From contig CM052832.1 of assembly GCA_028534125.1 (NCBI GenBank), positions 11,534,001 through 11,598,000 on the forward strand: a stretch of DNA of 64,000 nucleotides, written 5' to 3'. Under the pieces are notes generated by a model that was not told where the DNA came from, did not search any database, and saw nothing but the letters and a program-made list of their open reading frames with translations. Of this stretch, positions 37,371 through 50,273 are shown piece by piece. Source of the stretch: Lama glama. Lineage: Eukaryota. Made by a program: the position numbers and the translations under genes. The first letter of the stretch is position 1, and each line of letters starts with the position of its first letter.

Positions 37371-37643
37371 ATGGCTCCTGGGTCCAGCCCCCCTGCTTCC
37401 CCTTCTAGGTACAGACAGAGAGCCCAAGACGCGCCCGAGGGCAGGGTTTCGGGCCGCGCGGCGCCGAGCACATTGCTCCTGCTGCTCGCGTACCTGGCTT
37501 ACCTGATACTGGGCACGGGCGTGTTCTGGATGCTGGAGAGCCCAGCGGCTCACGATTCCAGCGAGAGATTCCAGCGCGACAAGTGGGCACTGCTGCGGAA
37601 CTTCACGTGCCTGGATGGCCCGGCGCTGGACTCGCTGATCCGG
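37371..37643 (+). CDS. KCNK17: KCNK17 (TALK-2/TASK-4, K2P17.1) exon 1. Start inferred at the upstream ATG 37371.
   Basis: MAPGSSPPASPS-RYRQRAQDAPEGRVSGRAAPSTLLLLLAYLAYLILGTGVFWMLE...NFTCLDGPALDSLIR. Donor gtcagg. The exon is clear; the start codon is less certain. Confidence 0.9.
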
Positions 37644-38400
37644 GTCAGGGGCGAACGGGGCGGCCTGGGCGCGGGGGTGCTGGCGTAAGGGAGTGAGGGC
37701 ACGCCCTGGCTCCGGGTCAGGGCAAAGCCGGGAGCACGTCTCCAAAAGAAAGTGGTGGAGTTAGACGCAGGGAGCGCGCGTTGCCGTTTGGGGACCAGGG
37801 GCTTGGACTGGACCGCGAAAGAAAGAGCTCCAGCGAGAGGAATGTGCAGCTCGGCGCCGTGGGTCCCGGGGTTGGGGGCGAGAGGGCATGACCCGCCCTG
37901 TCCAGAGAGTTGCGTGGCGCACGCATCCGAATTTGGGGATGCGGACGACAGGGGGAGCGCTAACCGCGTCCAGAGCTGGCAGGGCCGACCGGGTCGGGCA
38001 GCGTAGGGACAGCGCGCGCTGGCCGGCTTGGGAGGTGGCGGGAAAGGATCGACCTGGGACAACGAGGCGCTGTATCCGGGTCGGACCACAGGCGAAGGGC
38101 GAAAGGGCACTCCCGGTGCAAATTTGCGGAGTGGAGGTGAGGACGGCAGAGGGCGCTGGGCGGTGTCTAAGGATGAGCAAGACCTACAGCACGTCCGTTG
38201 GAGTCTGGGGGGAAAGGAGGTGCGAGGCGAGCCTGTCCCCGCTGGCCGAGTGGAATGGGTCCGGGGGGCTCGAAGGGCGCAAACCCGGGTCCGAGAGAAG
38301 GGCCACAGACACAGGGGCGCTCCATGGCTGAAACCCGGTTTACTCCAAGTCTTAGAGCAGAGGGACTGGATGCGCCACCCTGACCGCAGAGGCCCAGAAA
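37400..38400. promoter_or_regulatory. CpG island over KCNK17 exon 1 and the start of intron 1
   Basis: Dense CpG and cgcg content and high GC compared with the CpG-depleted remainder of the window. Confidence 0.8.
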
Positions 38401-40636
38401 GGCTGAAGGGAGCGGTGGGTGGGAGGATACAGACATCATGGAGGACAGAGGCTGCTGAGGAGGGTGCGGGGAGACCTAGCGGGGAGTGGGGAGGAGGACA
38501 GGCAGGGGAGGGTTCTTCTGGGTGGGGCCTTGCAGATACAAGGACAGGAGATGCTCTACTGGGAGCCCCTCAGATTTGGCGGGTGCATCAACCTCCCGGG
38601 CCCTGGCTTGGTCCGCGGGCCCAGACAGCTGCGCTCCTAGCCTGAAATCACCACCCTGCATTCCCAGTCTCTCTTCTGGGGGGAGGCAGCGGGGGGCCAG
38701 TGTCCCAGGGTCGCCAATCCAAAGCTAGTCCCCAGAAGGTAGCAGGGAATTGTGTCGGGTGGGAAGGAACAGGTCACTGGAGAGGAAGTGGAGTCCTGAG
38801 CTCTGGGACTGGGCTGATGTGGCCTGACCTGGAGCTGAGCAGAAGAAGGCCTATCTCTAAAAACCTAATGTGATGCCTTAACCACCCACCACCTGCTAAA
38901 CTTCTACAAATACAGCCTGACTGCCTAGTCCTGGAGGCTGTGTGACACGCCTCTTGACAATGTGGTGAACTTCAATTATCAGCAGCCTAGGCCCAGGGAA
39001 GGTGACAATGATGACAATGAGAATAATAGGAAAAGCTTCTGCGCAGCATTCCTGGTGTATTTTTTGTTTCATCCTCACCTACCTCAGAAGCAGTACCATT
39101 ATTATCCCTATTTTAGAGATGGAGAAACTAAGGCTCAGGGAAGTTAAATACAAACATACCATGGCATAGCCAGGGCACTGGGGCTGTCAACTGCCATGAG
39201 TACTGCCTCTGTGCAGATCTGTGTATGTGGGTGATTCCCAAGATTCCCATCTGAGCTCTCATCTCTGTACACTTCCCCTCCACCCCCTCCTGCTACATCT
39301 CCACTTAACCCCCTTCCTCAACATCCCTGAGGCTTCAAACATCTCCAGGAATGAGGATATGGGGTCTCCAACCCAGATCTTCCCACTGGGTGCAGACATG
39401 TACATGCAAATTCCCAGGGGTCCTCAAATCCCCCCAGGGTCAGGAACTAGCAGCCCTCTTCCTCCCAGCCCTGCTCCTCCACATGTTCTAAATCTCTGTC
39501 ATTGGCCTCACACCCACACCTCTTCACAGTGGTCCTAGGTGCTTCCCTCACTACCCACACCAAGTAGGGCCAGAGGCCAGGGCTTCTGAATATCTCCTCT
39601 CTGTGCCTCCTGGACCACTCTGTGCCAGGATGCAAGCCAGGCCCTCTCCATCACTCACCCCTGCAGGACTCTCCCTTTCTGGCAACTGCCAGCTGTCACA
39701 GGGCACGCAAACCTGAGCCTGCCTCCCCTTTTCTCAGTGACCTTAGGAGAGGCCTGCCACTCCATCCCTGGAACGGCAGACCCAAGCATGGCTTAGCTGT
39801 CAGATACCTTTCAGTCTCCCTGTTCTATATCCCAGGCACAGTCCTCCCTCCCAGCCTCCGCTCCTGCAGTCCCACTTACCTAAATGGAACACTCCTATCT
39901 GACCCTCAAGGGAGGTCCAACTGAAAATCACTCCCTCCGTGTAGCCATCTGCCCCTACCCCCATCAGATGAACACCATGCCTCTCTGTATTCCTACAGCA
40001 TTATATTCGTAATAATCCTGGTGATAGCAGCTGCTGACATTTACCATGTTCCAGGTACTGTTCTAAGCCTTTACACCTAATGCCTCATTTAACCCTCACA
40101 ACTCTTTGAAGTGGGTGCTTTTAGTATGCCCATTTTACAGAGAAGAAGACTGAGAGAGAAGTCCAGTTTCTTGCCCAGGATCGTACAGCTGCATGGCCTT
40201 CATGCCAGGCTGCATGGACAGCACCGTATCACAGTTAGTTATGTTTGTCTGTCCCACTGAGAACTGAGATCATGTCTCTTTCATCTTCAGGTCCCCTAAT
40301 ACACCCCATGCCGGGCTTGCCCAGTGCTTGTTGTAAGAATGGGAGTGAGCAGGAGAGAGAATAAATGGGGTTCTTCCAGCCAGTGAGATCTCCTGGGCTG
40401 ACCTGGGCTCCAGGGCAAAGAGAGGGGAAGGAGCTGTCCCCATGGTCCCTACCCCTGGGGAGCCCCTGGTTGGAGGGGAAGGACCTCCTTGCTCCGGACA
40501 GGCTGTGATCAGTGGTTATGAGGACTGTCTGAGTGTATGTGTGCGTGTGTGCACTCAAGTGCCCATGTGTATGTGTTTGAGTGCAGGGACCCAACCGCCC
40601 CACAGATCCTGATGGTCACCACTACCTCTCCCCCAG

Positions 40637-40751
40637 GGCATCATCCAAGCCTACCAAAATGGGGACGTCGTCCTCGGCAACACCACCAGCATGGGGCGCT
40701 GGGAGTTCGTGGGTTCCTTCTTCTTCTCTGTGTCCACCATCACCACCATTG
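40637..40751 (+). CDS. KCNK17: KCNK17 exon 2
   Basis: ccccag acceptor, gtaaga donor. GIIQAYQNGDVVLGNTTSMGRWEFVGSFFFSVSTITTI(G). 115 bp. Confidence 0.97.
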
Positions 40752-42759
40752 GTAAGAGCAGATGGGGCCAGGGAGGGTGGGCTGGGCAATGTGGCCTCCC
40801 CTGAGGGACAGGGGACCAGTTGCCTTTTGGAGGGGTTACTAGGGCCTCATGACTCTAGTGTAGGGAGGCCCAGCAGCATGGGCACCCCTGGGAGCAGAAT
40901 CCGGGGCTCACCAACGATGTGCCAAATCAGCTTCTGCATTCCCCCAGGTCCCCAGGAGGTTTAAGAAGTGCTGCTCTGGAGACCTCCACCTCACACAGCC
41001 TTTCAGGAAGCAGAGGGTCTCCCATGTAGCAGTAAAGATGCTTCTGGGCACTACAAGTGTGCAGTCTCCTCAGCCAAGCCCATCCAACACTGAGCCTGGG
41101 AGGTGGGAGGGAGGTAAGGGAAAGTTGAGAAGGAAGGAGGTACAGAAATCTAAAAGGAGCCTTGACCCCCCTGGCCTCAGCTTCGGGTAGAAGTGGTCAT
41201 TCCCAGAGGCCTCTCCTCCGCTCACTAAGGCCCCCCTCACCCCCCAGCACCATCCTCTCAAATCCTCCTTCCTCCTTCACACACAGGGAACCCTAGGCCA
41301 GATTTCTCTAGCCCTATCCTCAGGAGGGGAGGTGGGATTTGTCCTGGGAGGGTGCCTGGGGGCTGTTGTGAGGGGAAGAAGAGTGGCCTAGACCCCTTAG
41401 CTCTGAAACCCAGAAAGTGGGGCTGCCCCCAGCTGCGGCCAGACACCCGGCCCCAGCGCCTGCATGACATAGGGCTCACCACCAGGTGGCAGGCTGACAC
41501 CACTGGTGGCTACCACTACCTCCTCCAGACAGGATCCTCTCCCCAGGAAACCAGTACCCCAGCTGCTGTCCTCCCCGGAGTGGAGCCAAGCAGATGCAGC
41601 CGGAGGATTCTCCACCTGGCTTTAAATCAGCCAATAATTCTTGGAAGCAGGTCTCAAACTACCTGGAAGCTTTGGCAGGCCTCCACCTTGAGGCAAGCTT
41701 GTTTGGGAGATCCCTTGACTCCATGGACCGTGCACCCCAGAAGGCCAGGACAGGATGGTGTTTACTCATCTTTACACCCCAGGATTCTAGTACAAGGCAC
41801 GGTATACAGTCAGTGCTCAACACCACTGATGCATTAATGAATTCCTAAAATACCCATTCCACCAGCATGTATTGAGTTTCAGGGCAGGAGAGGATGCTGA
41901 TGTGCAGTCACTGTGGGCCAGGCCTCCCAGATGTGGGGGGAATCTTTAGCCTCTGAACCCCACACTTCCTCCACCCCTGACCCAGGCCTGTGACTTCAGC
42001 CCTTCAAATCCAGAGTTTTGCAGCCTGTCTTTTCTCAGCGCTGCTATTTCTAACATGGGCTAGTCCTTGTCCCTTCTCTCCACTGGGTTCTGCCCTGAAG
42101 CTGTCTGGGCACACTCTGGGGAGGAGGAGGAGGGCCGAGGAGCGGGGACCCCGCCCCACCCCCTACGCCCGGTCTGCTGCCCCAGGTGCTGTAAGGAGCA
42201 TTTTTACATTTGAGATCTCATTCTGTCCAGATGGTCCAACTTCCAAGGATAAGACCTCTTGGTTTCATGTCACAGATGAGGAGAGTGAGGCCCAGAGAAG
42301 TTACATAGCTTGTAAGCAACAGAGTTGGAATTTGAAACCCAGCTGGGGGCCTGCATTGCCCTTTCCAACAGTGTCTGCCCTTAGAGGTTTACAAGATAAG
42401 GTGGGAATTCCAAACAAGTGGAAGAAAGAGCTAGCCATTCTGGGGTAAACAATAGGGAAGCTCGTGACTGTGATTCTGACCAAACACACACACACACACA
42501 GAGGATGTGCAGAGAGTTGGGGGGAGATGGGAGATGGGGTACATGTGGGACAGTCCATGAGGGAAGGAAGGGGGTTCTAAGAGGCACAGCAAAGGGCTGC
42601 CTCCTTGACACCCCTGTTACCCTGGGACCAGCACCCTGGAAGGGCTATACTTTCCACGCCCTAGAATGAAACAGCATGTGACAGGCACACGGATGCTTCT
42701 GGGCCAGCAGGATGGGCCTGAGCCCCCAAATCATTCGTTATCTATAAAATCCACCCCTG

Positions 42760-43320
42760 AATCACTCATTTATTCTCTCATCTACCCATTCATCCATTCA
42801 ACAAAAAGACTGGGTACTTAGTGTGGGCCCAATAGTTCTAGGTGCTGGAGATACACTGGTGAGCAAACCTGGCAAGTCCCTGCCCATAGGGGGCTGACAC
42901 CCTACTGGGAGGAAACATGCAATAAATTAACAGAGCCATAGACAATATCCAGGTTGTGGGTGATGCTTAGAGCAAAGTAAAGACAAGTAAGGAGTCTGAT
43001 AGTGACAGAGGGGTTCTATTGTAGATGGATGGGTACTGTTGTAGATGGATGGGCACTATTGTAGATGGGGTGGCCATCAAAGGCCTCACTGAAGCTGTAA
43101 CACTGAAGCAGAGACATGGACAAAATAAGGAAGTGAGACATGCTGATATCTGAGGAAAGAACCATCTACCAGCAAGTGCAAAGGCCCTAGGTAGGGGTGT
43201 GGCTGGTGCGTCTAAGGAACAATAAAGAGGACAGGGTCGCTGGAGAAGGTTGCAAATGAGGTCTGAGGGAGAAGATGCAGGGGAGCCCAGCCACAGAGGA
43301 CCTTGTAGGCCCTCGGGGTG
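42760..43320 (-). mobile_element. L2 fragment (representative). Others near 60-400, 18290-18640, 23040-23280, 33400-33700, 44220-44700, 55250-55480 and 61480-61840.
   Basis: cattcatccattcaacaaa...ctaggtgctggagatacactggtgagcaa...caagtgcaaaggccct...gaccttgtaggcc. Confidence 0.7.
43016..43070 (+). repeat. 20-bp tandem repeat, ~3 copies
   Basis: ctattgtagatggatgggta / ctgttgtagatggatgggca / ctattgtagatgggg. Confidence 0.85.
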
Positions 43321-45623
43321 TGTCCTAGGGCTGGACTAGCAAAGTGAAAGAGGTGATGTGGGTGAGGGGGTGGTGGGAAAGGGACACACTGAAGTGAGAG
43401 GTAGCCTAGATGGAGCTGAGGCCTCGAGCATTCAAGGGGCAGGTAAGGGTTCATTGAATCTCCCGATTCTGCTGAGGTCTGGCTGAGGAGAAAACCCTTT
43501 ATTGTCAGCCTTAGAAAGGCAGAGACCTCCTTGAGGGTCCTCTCAGATATGGACTGTGAGTACCTCCACCCCATGGGCTAGAACTGGTTAAAAAGACCCC
43601 CTGGGACAAAGGATGACATGTTAGGGGATCCCACAGCTGGAGAAGGAAGGGTCAGTGAGGAGGTTTACCAAGGGAGTTACCCCTTCCTGGATGCCAACAG
43701 AAGGGAGAGGATGGCTCCAGAGGAGGCCTCTGATGTCCTCACACCAGGAGCTGATTCAGTAGAGTTTGATCATTCATTCAACAAACATTTATTTAGTACC
43801 TTCTGTATACCAGCTGCTTATGGGTTCACATTCCCATCTACAGCACACCTCCATTGCCTCCTTTCATCGCCACACTACACTGGGAGGTGGGTGTCAACAG
43901 CCCCATTTTACAGACAAGGAAACAGGCTCAGAAAGATCAAGCCATTTGCACAAGGTTGCACAGCCTGCAAGGGGCTGATCTGGGATTCAAATCCAGGCAG
44001 TGCCTCTGACTCCAAAGCCTTTGTTCTAGACTAATATGGGCTTTGGCCTCTCCTGGGTCTGTGCTCTCTGAGTCCCCTCAGTAAGGCGGGGTGAGTGTAA
44101 AACACTCATTTCAATAGAGTACAAGTGAGTGGGCATGTGCTCCCGGTCTCCAGGGCGGGGACGTCAGGCAGCGATACGGGGCGGGAGCAGAGTGTCCATT
44201 CATCCATGCCTGTTCACTCCTGTAGTTCCCTTCATTCATTCAACACACATATGGCAAGTAGTGAGCACCTATTAAGGGTCAGGTCCTGTGCCCATTGCTG
44301 CAACTGCAAAGATAATTAAGACCCAGCCCCTGCTCTTGAGGGATTCATGACCCCTGGGGGAGACAAACATGGAAACAAATTATTCTTATACAGCGGATTA
44401 CCCTCCAAGACTGGCAGAGCGCTGGAGGACCCGCCCCACAGGAGAGTCAGGACTTGAGGGCCATTTCCAGGAGCTCCAGGATGGGAAACACATGTTCAAA
44501 GGCACCGAGGGTTCAGAGGGGCAGGAGCGTGGCCAGAACTGGGAATGCAGGAGACCAGACAAGCTCGGAGGTGGGCTGGGTCAGAGTTTGGACTTTCCCC
44601 AGCAGACTTGAGGAATAATGAAGGGTGATGACCTGGGTGATGATATAATCAGGTTTGCATCCTAGAAAGACCAGACAGTGATGGCGACCAAGGATGAGAA
44701 AGGTGGAGGAGATGAAGGAGGAAAGAATGTCCAGGCTAATAGAATCCTTCCAAGAACACCTCATCCTCCCCTAGCTTCCCTCTTTCATTTCCTTCATGAC
44801 AAAGGCCCCAACTTCCACCTCCCGGGGGTCACCTGATGGTCCATCATGGTCTGCCCCTCTCTCCCGAGGGGTTTTGGAGGAAGCCTAGGTGTGTGTGTGT
44901 TAGGGCCCTCTGGGAATTGGATTTCAAGATGGAATCAGACGTGCACAAGATTTATTGGGGAGGAGTAGGGGAAGCCTTTGATAAAGAAGGAGCAGGAGAG
45001 ATGGTTAAGAGCCTCAGATGGCAAGACAGGTCTGTTACCTGTGAAAGGAGAGAAGAGAGGAAAGGGCCTTGAGAGGGGAGAACCTCAGGCTGCAGTGCAG
45101 CTCTGAGACAGGCTGGGCCAGGTGCTGGGAGCCCCTGAGCAGGACCGCCTGTTAGAGGAGTTGTCATGCGTCTGGCATGGATGGCCCAGCCTTGGTGGCC
45201 CCACCACTAGCAGAGAGACATGTCTGGAGACGGCAGAGCCTTGGCTTAAATGGTGCAGCAGATCCTGGAGGTGCAGTGGCTGGAGGCTCTGTACCTCCTG
45301 TGGCCTCTCCCATACCCCTCTGCCCACCCAGGGAGGGAGGGAATGAGGAGAGAACAGCAGGATTCTCACACTTCGTGGACATGAGCTCACACCCGCTGCC
45401 CCTCCTAGAGCTTCGTTCTCCAGTCTGTCAATATGGGGCACAATCTCCATCTGGGAGGGTGGCTGTGGGGCTGGACTGCGGGAGTGAAGGCACAGGGCCC
45501 CTGCACAGCACCCTCACGGGAAAGGAAGGCTGGGATACACACCCCCTGCCAGGTCTGTAGCCGGTTAGGAAGAGGGTTCCTGGGGGTGGAAAGGCCTCCT
45601 GAGGTGTCCCCCTCTCGCTTCAG

Positions 45624-45784
45624 GCTACGGCAACCTGAGCCCCAGCACAATGGCCGCCCGCCTCTTCTGCATCTTCTTTGCTCTGGTGGGGATCCCGCTC
45701 AACCTCGTGGTGCTGAACCGACTGGGGCATCTCATGCAGCAGGGGGTGCACCGCTGCGCCCACAAGCTGGGGGGCACCTGGAAG
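45624..45784 (+). CDS. KCNK17: KCNK17 exon 3
   Basis: cttcag acceptor, gtgagg donor. (G)[40 protein letters not shown]...GGTWK. 161 bp. Confidence 0.98.
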
Positions 45785-46302
45785 GTGAGGGGGTTGCGGG
45801 AGTTGGAGAGTCAGGGGAGGGACAGGTCATTTCTAGAATGAGTGGGTGAGGTGGGAATCAGGGCCATGAGTCACTGACCCGGGGGAGAGTCTCTGGTAGA
45901 AAAGAATGGCTGTGACGGGTTAAGGGGGTCTGACGGGGTGGGTCGCTGATGGGAGCAGGGTTACTGGGGGAGTAACCCTTCTGGGAATCGGGGTTACTGG
46001 TAGAATGTGGTGGGATTGGGGATCTCTGCCCAGAACGGGGGTCTTCAGTAACACCAGGGCATCAGCCGGAGAGACATGGTGGAACCTGATGGACCACAAG
46101 GGCACAAGGCAGCTAAGCCCTTGGCCTGGAGCCTGGAGAACATACACCAGATGGAAAGACCATGAGGATAGCCTCCTTCTCACTGGGGGGAGCACTTGCC
46201 CTGCCTCCAACTCAGAACCCCTAGGCTGTCTGCTCCCCGGCCCCAGGACCCCATGCGCTGGGCAGAGGCCACATGGGGGCCGGGCGTCATGTGCACCCAC
46301 AG

Positions 46303-46477
46303 GACCCGGCCAAGGCCCGGTGGCTGGCAGGCTCCAGCGCCCTCCTGACCGGCCTCCTGCTTTTCCTGCTGCTGCCCCCGCTGCTCTTCTGCCACATGGA
46401 GGGCTGGAGCTACGTGGAGGGCATCTACTTCGCCTTCATCACCCTCAGCACCGTGGGCTTCGGCGACTATGTGATTG
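46303..46477 (+). CDS. KCNK17: KCNK17 exon 4
   Basis: cacag acceptor, gtgaga donor. [58 protein letters not shown](G). 175 bp. Confidence 0.98.
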
Positions 46478-47864
46478 GTGAGAGTCCCCTGCCCATGTCC
46501 CCTGGGCACCTGCTGCATGCCAGGCCCTAGGGTTAGGGACCCAAAGTCCAGAGGACACATGTATTGGCAGGTTCAACCTGCCTTTATGGTGTAATGGGGC
46601 CAAGGTCACCCAGCTAAAAAGTGGCAACTGGCATTTGAACCCACCACTTTGCGCCGTAAGCCATACTTCTGACACCCTGACAAGCACAGAGAATTCCACA
46701 GGCTCACTGCTATCCTTAGAGCTCACCAGACACAGGGGGGCCCCTAAGTCTCCTCCCCGTCCATCTTTGTCCCAGGCTCTCTCCTGCCCCATGAAAAACC
46801 AGCTTTTTACTGTCCCTGGGCTGAGGGCCAAGTGACCCACGTTACAGACCCCGGGGGTTGAGCCAGAGAGTCAGGGAGACTAGGGAATCTCCAGCCTTCC
46901 CCAGTCCTCATTGGAAAATAAATGGCCACCAGACTCTGAGTGTCAGTGAGAAAGGGCTGCATGGTCCGGAGGGTCCAAAGAGGGGTTAAATCAGTGGTCA
47001 CCACCCAATGTGGTCAAGGGCCCCAGAAGCAACTGTCCTTGCATAATAAAGCTGAGGCACATGCCCAGCAGGTGGCAGCAGAGGGACATTCTGTGGGGTG
47101 CAGGGGTGGCTGGGCCCCTCAGCCTCATCCCCCTCTGCTCCCCACCGCTGAAGCGCCACCAGATGAGCCATGGTCACTGGCACCACCACCATGCTGGCCT
47201 CAAGGGGCTCTCCCTCCAATCCCTGCCCTTAAACTGGGGAGGAGGCCCTGCCCTTCTCTCCTTCAGAGACAGAACCCAGCTTGGAATATTGAAATGAGGT
47301 CCAACCAAAGTAAGGAACAGCTAGCACATCAAGCAACCAAGAGTGATGATTGTCACATTTTACTGAGGAGGAAGCTGAAGCTCAGAGAGGCCAAGCCATA
47401 TGCCTGAGATTGCACAGGTAGTGAGATGTGAACTCTTAGTCTTCAGACGACCTCACATATCCCCTCTGGGCCTCTGTGTTCCTGTCTATAAAATGGGGCC
47501 CAGGCTAGATGATGACCAAGACCCCCAGTGCCTCTGGCCTGTGTGCAAAGTCCCCTTCCCTGAGCCTCTCCTTCCCCAGGAAGAAAGGTACCATGTCAGG
47601 GGCCTTGTGCTGCCGCTTCCTGATACCCTCCATCCTGGAAGGGAGGTTGTTGCTCTGAAAGGAAATCTTTGGGATGGTTTCCCCCAAGTGGGTTATGCTT
47701 CACTCCTACCTTCAGAGAGGAGAATGTGTCTGAGGCAAGCTGAGCCCAGAGTCCCCAAGGGCCACATTTGCCCCCTCACAGCTCAGAGAATGATTTTTGG
47801 GTCTATCCTCTCCTTTCTGTTCCCACTGCCATTTCCCTGGTACAGGCAGGGCTGTTGCATATGG

Positions 47865-49308
47865 CTGGTTGTACAGGTTGGGCACTGTACAACACTAAGG
47901 GGTTGCCATTCACCCAGAGCACAGTGAGGATGGTCCCCATGGATTGGAGCAGCCTCTGTCCTTGTTCCCCCTTGGCTTTTATCACCTTTAGAAATGACAA
48001 CTGCTATCATGTCACCCGCCCAGCTCCTCTGAAAACCTTCAATGTTTTCCTTTAGTTTTAGGACAGAGTCTAAGTTCATGACTCACCCTACGAGGGCCCT
48101 CTCCATATGACCAGGCCCTGCCTCCCTCCTTCTTCCACGCTGTACTCAGGCAGGTGAAATACTCTTCTGACCAGTCCAGCCGGAACAGCCTCAACCCAGT
48201 GCTATGATCTGTCAGGTCCGGCAACATTCCCTGTCCCCCCAACCAAACCTCCCCGCAACTAGGGCTCAAAGGATGAAACTCAGGAATTACCCCCAGTGAT
48301 CATCCTAAACTCACAAAGCCTGGTTCTCTGAGAGCACCCAGTGAGAGGAGAGGGGAGGAGGAGTGGGAACAGGACCCCCAGCCACAGTATCTTAGTGTCC
48401 ACTGATCACCAGGGTTCCCAGTTTGATGCTGCGTGGGAATAGCTGACAGCAGGCTCCCTCTGCTTGCCTGGAGAAACTGCTATGGGGCTAATAAGGATGA
48501 TCTGTGAGGGTGTCCTGAGGCCCCACAGTCCCCTGAGGCAGGCATGGCGGGGAGGAGGGGGCAGCCCCTTTCTAGACACGGGCACCCTGGAAATAGGAGG
48601 CGAGGCCTCCTCCACCCTTGAGGGAGGGGCAGCGACGTCCACAGAATCATCTCTGCAGGAGTGAGGAGACTGCTCAGGGTCCCAGTTACCCTGTGAGCCA
48701 CGCTGTGGGAGCCGCAGGGCGAGGGAGCTGGCATATGGGGCCCAGCCCTCCCAGAGTCCGCTTCCACTCCACACTGACTGAGACCTGGGCCAAACCCACA
48801 AGGGCCCTTGAAGTCCAGAGGGGCTCCGGGGCAGGCCACTCCGGCTGGGTGGTGGCTGGCGGCGCTGTCCCCTTCATATCAGCAGAGATTTGCTCCCCCA
48901 CTTCTCCTTCTCCATGGAGCAGCCATCTCAGTGCCCTCACTTGCCCTCTGTGCCGGATCACACAGCACTGGGTTGGGGCTGCTCCGGCTGGGCTGGTCAG
49001 AAGAGCATTTCACCTGCCCGAGTACAGCGTGGAAGCGGGAGAGCCCAGAGTGAAGAGAGAGGCAGGGCCCGCTCACATGGCAAGGGCCCTCATAGGCCAA
49101 GACACGATTCTGTCCTAAGACTAAAGGGAAACACTGAAGGTTTTCAGAGGAGCTGGACAGGTGACAAGATAGTTGTAATTTCTGAAGGTGATAAAAAACC
49201 AAGGAAGGACAAGGACAGAAGCTGCACTGATCCATGGGAGCCATCCTCACTGTGCTCTGGGTGAATGGCAACCCCTTAGGGTTGTGCAGTACCCAGCCTG
49301 AACAACCA
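47865..49308. repeat. Inverted duplication: arms ~47865-48209 and ~48956-49308, spacer ~745 bp
   Basis: Arm 1 taaggggttgccattcacccagagcacagtgaggatgg is the exact reverse complement of arm 2 ccatcctcactgtgctctgggtgaatggcaaccccttag. Similarity continues across the arms with a few indels. Confidence 0.92.
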
Positions 49309-50273
49309 AGCTTTGACTGCCTCATCTACAGACCCAGGGAGGGGAAGGAAGCTGATTAAGGTCACAGAGCAGGCAAGCCAAGGACAGATCTAGGATAGAC
49401 TTCCATGCCAGGGATCCTCATATACATATGTTTTAGAATCTTCCATGCGAAGAGGGAACAACCCCCCCTCACCTCTTCCACATGTCTCTCAGCCTTCCTT
49501 GTCCTCCAGGGGCTTGACCCCTTTCTTGGATGGGAATGCTGAGGTCCACCACCTGGACTCTGAGCATCCACTGTCTTGCATCAGCAGTCACAAAGGGTGT
49601 TGTCGTCACAGCTGCTCCTATTGGCACAAAGGCTGTGGCCAGAGCAGCCCCCAGTTCCCAGCCGCCTGCTCCTCCCTGGCCTCCCAGCCCCCACATTCCT
49701 CAATTGCATTTGCAACTCAGTTGAGCGCCTTGCCAGCTGCCAGGTGTCCTGCCACTTATGATTTTGCTTAAAAAATGAAATAAGAGGGAAGAAGAATGCC
49801 TCCTCCTCTCCGTGGCCAGGAGCAAGCAGAGCTGAGGGGGCGGCCAGGGCCGAGAGCTGGCTCACAGCTGATCTCATTTGGGACCGCCAGCGGAATCGTG
49901 GCCCCATGATCCAATCAGCCTAATCCAATCCCGACTCCTGCCAGGCAGTGATGTTGGGTCCAGGGCTGTGGGCTCATCCCCGAGCTGGGGCCGAGGGAAG
50001 AAAGGTTGTTTTGGAGTCAGCAGGACAGGATGAGGGGTGGACAGAGGGGCGTGTGGTATGGAGATCTAAGACAGAAGCTTCTGAACCCTAGGAGTCAATC
50101 TAGGGAGGCTTCCTAGAATCCCAGGGAGGTGACCACAAGACCAGCAATCTCAAAGCGGTTTGGACTTCCCGCATTCTGCTTGCACACATCAAGCCATGTC
50201 TGTCTGTTTCTGTTTTGGAAATGTGCCTCTGACTTGCCCAGGCCTCCATCCTCTGACCTTGCTTCTCCCCCAG

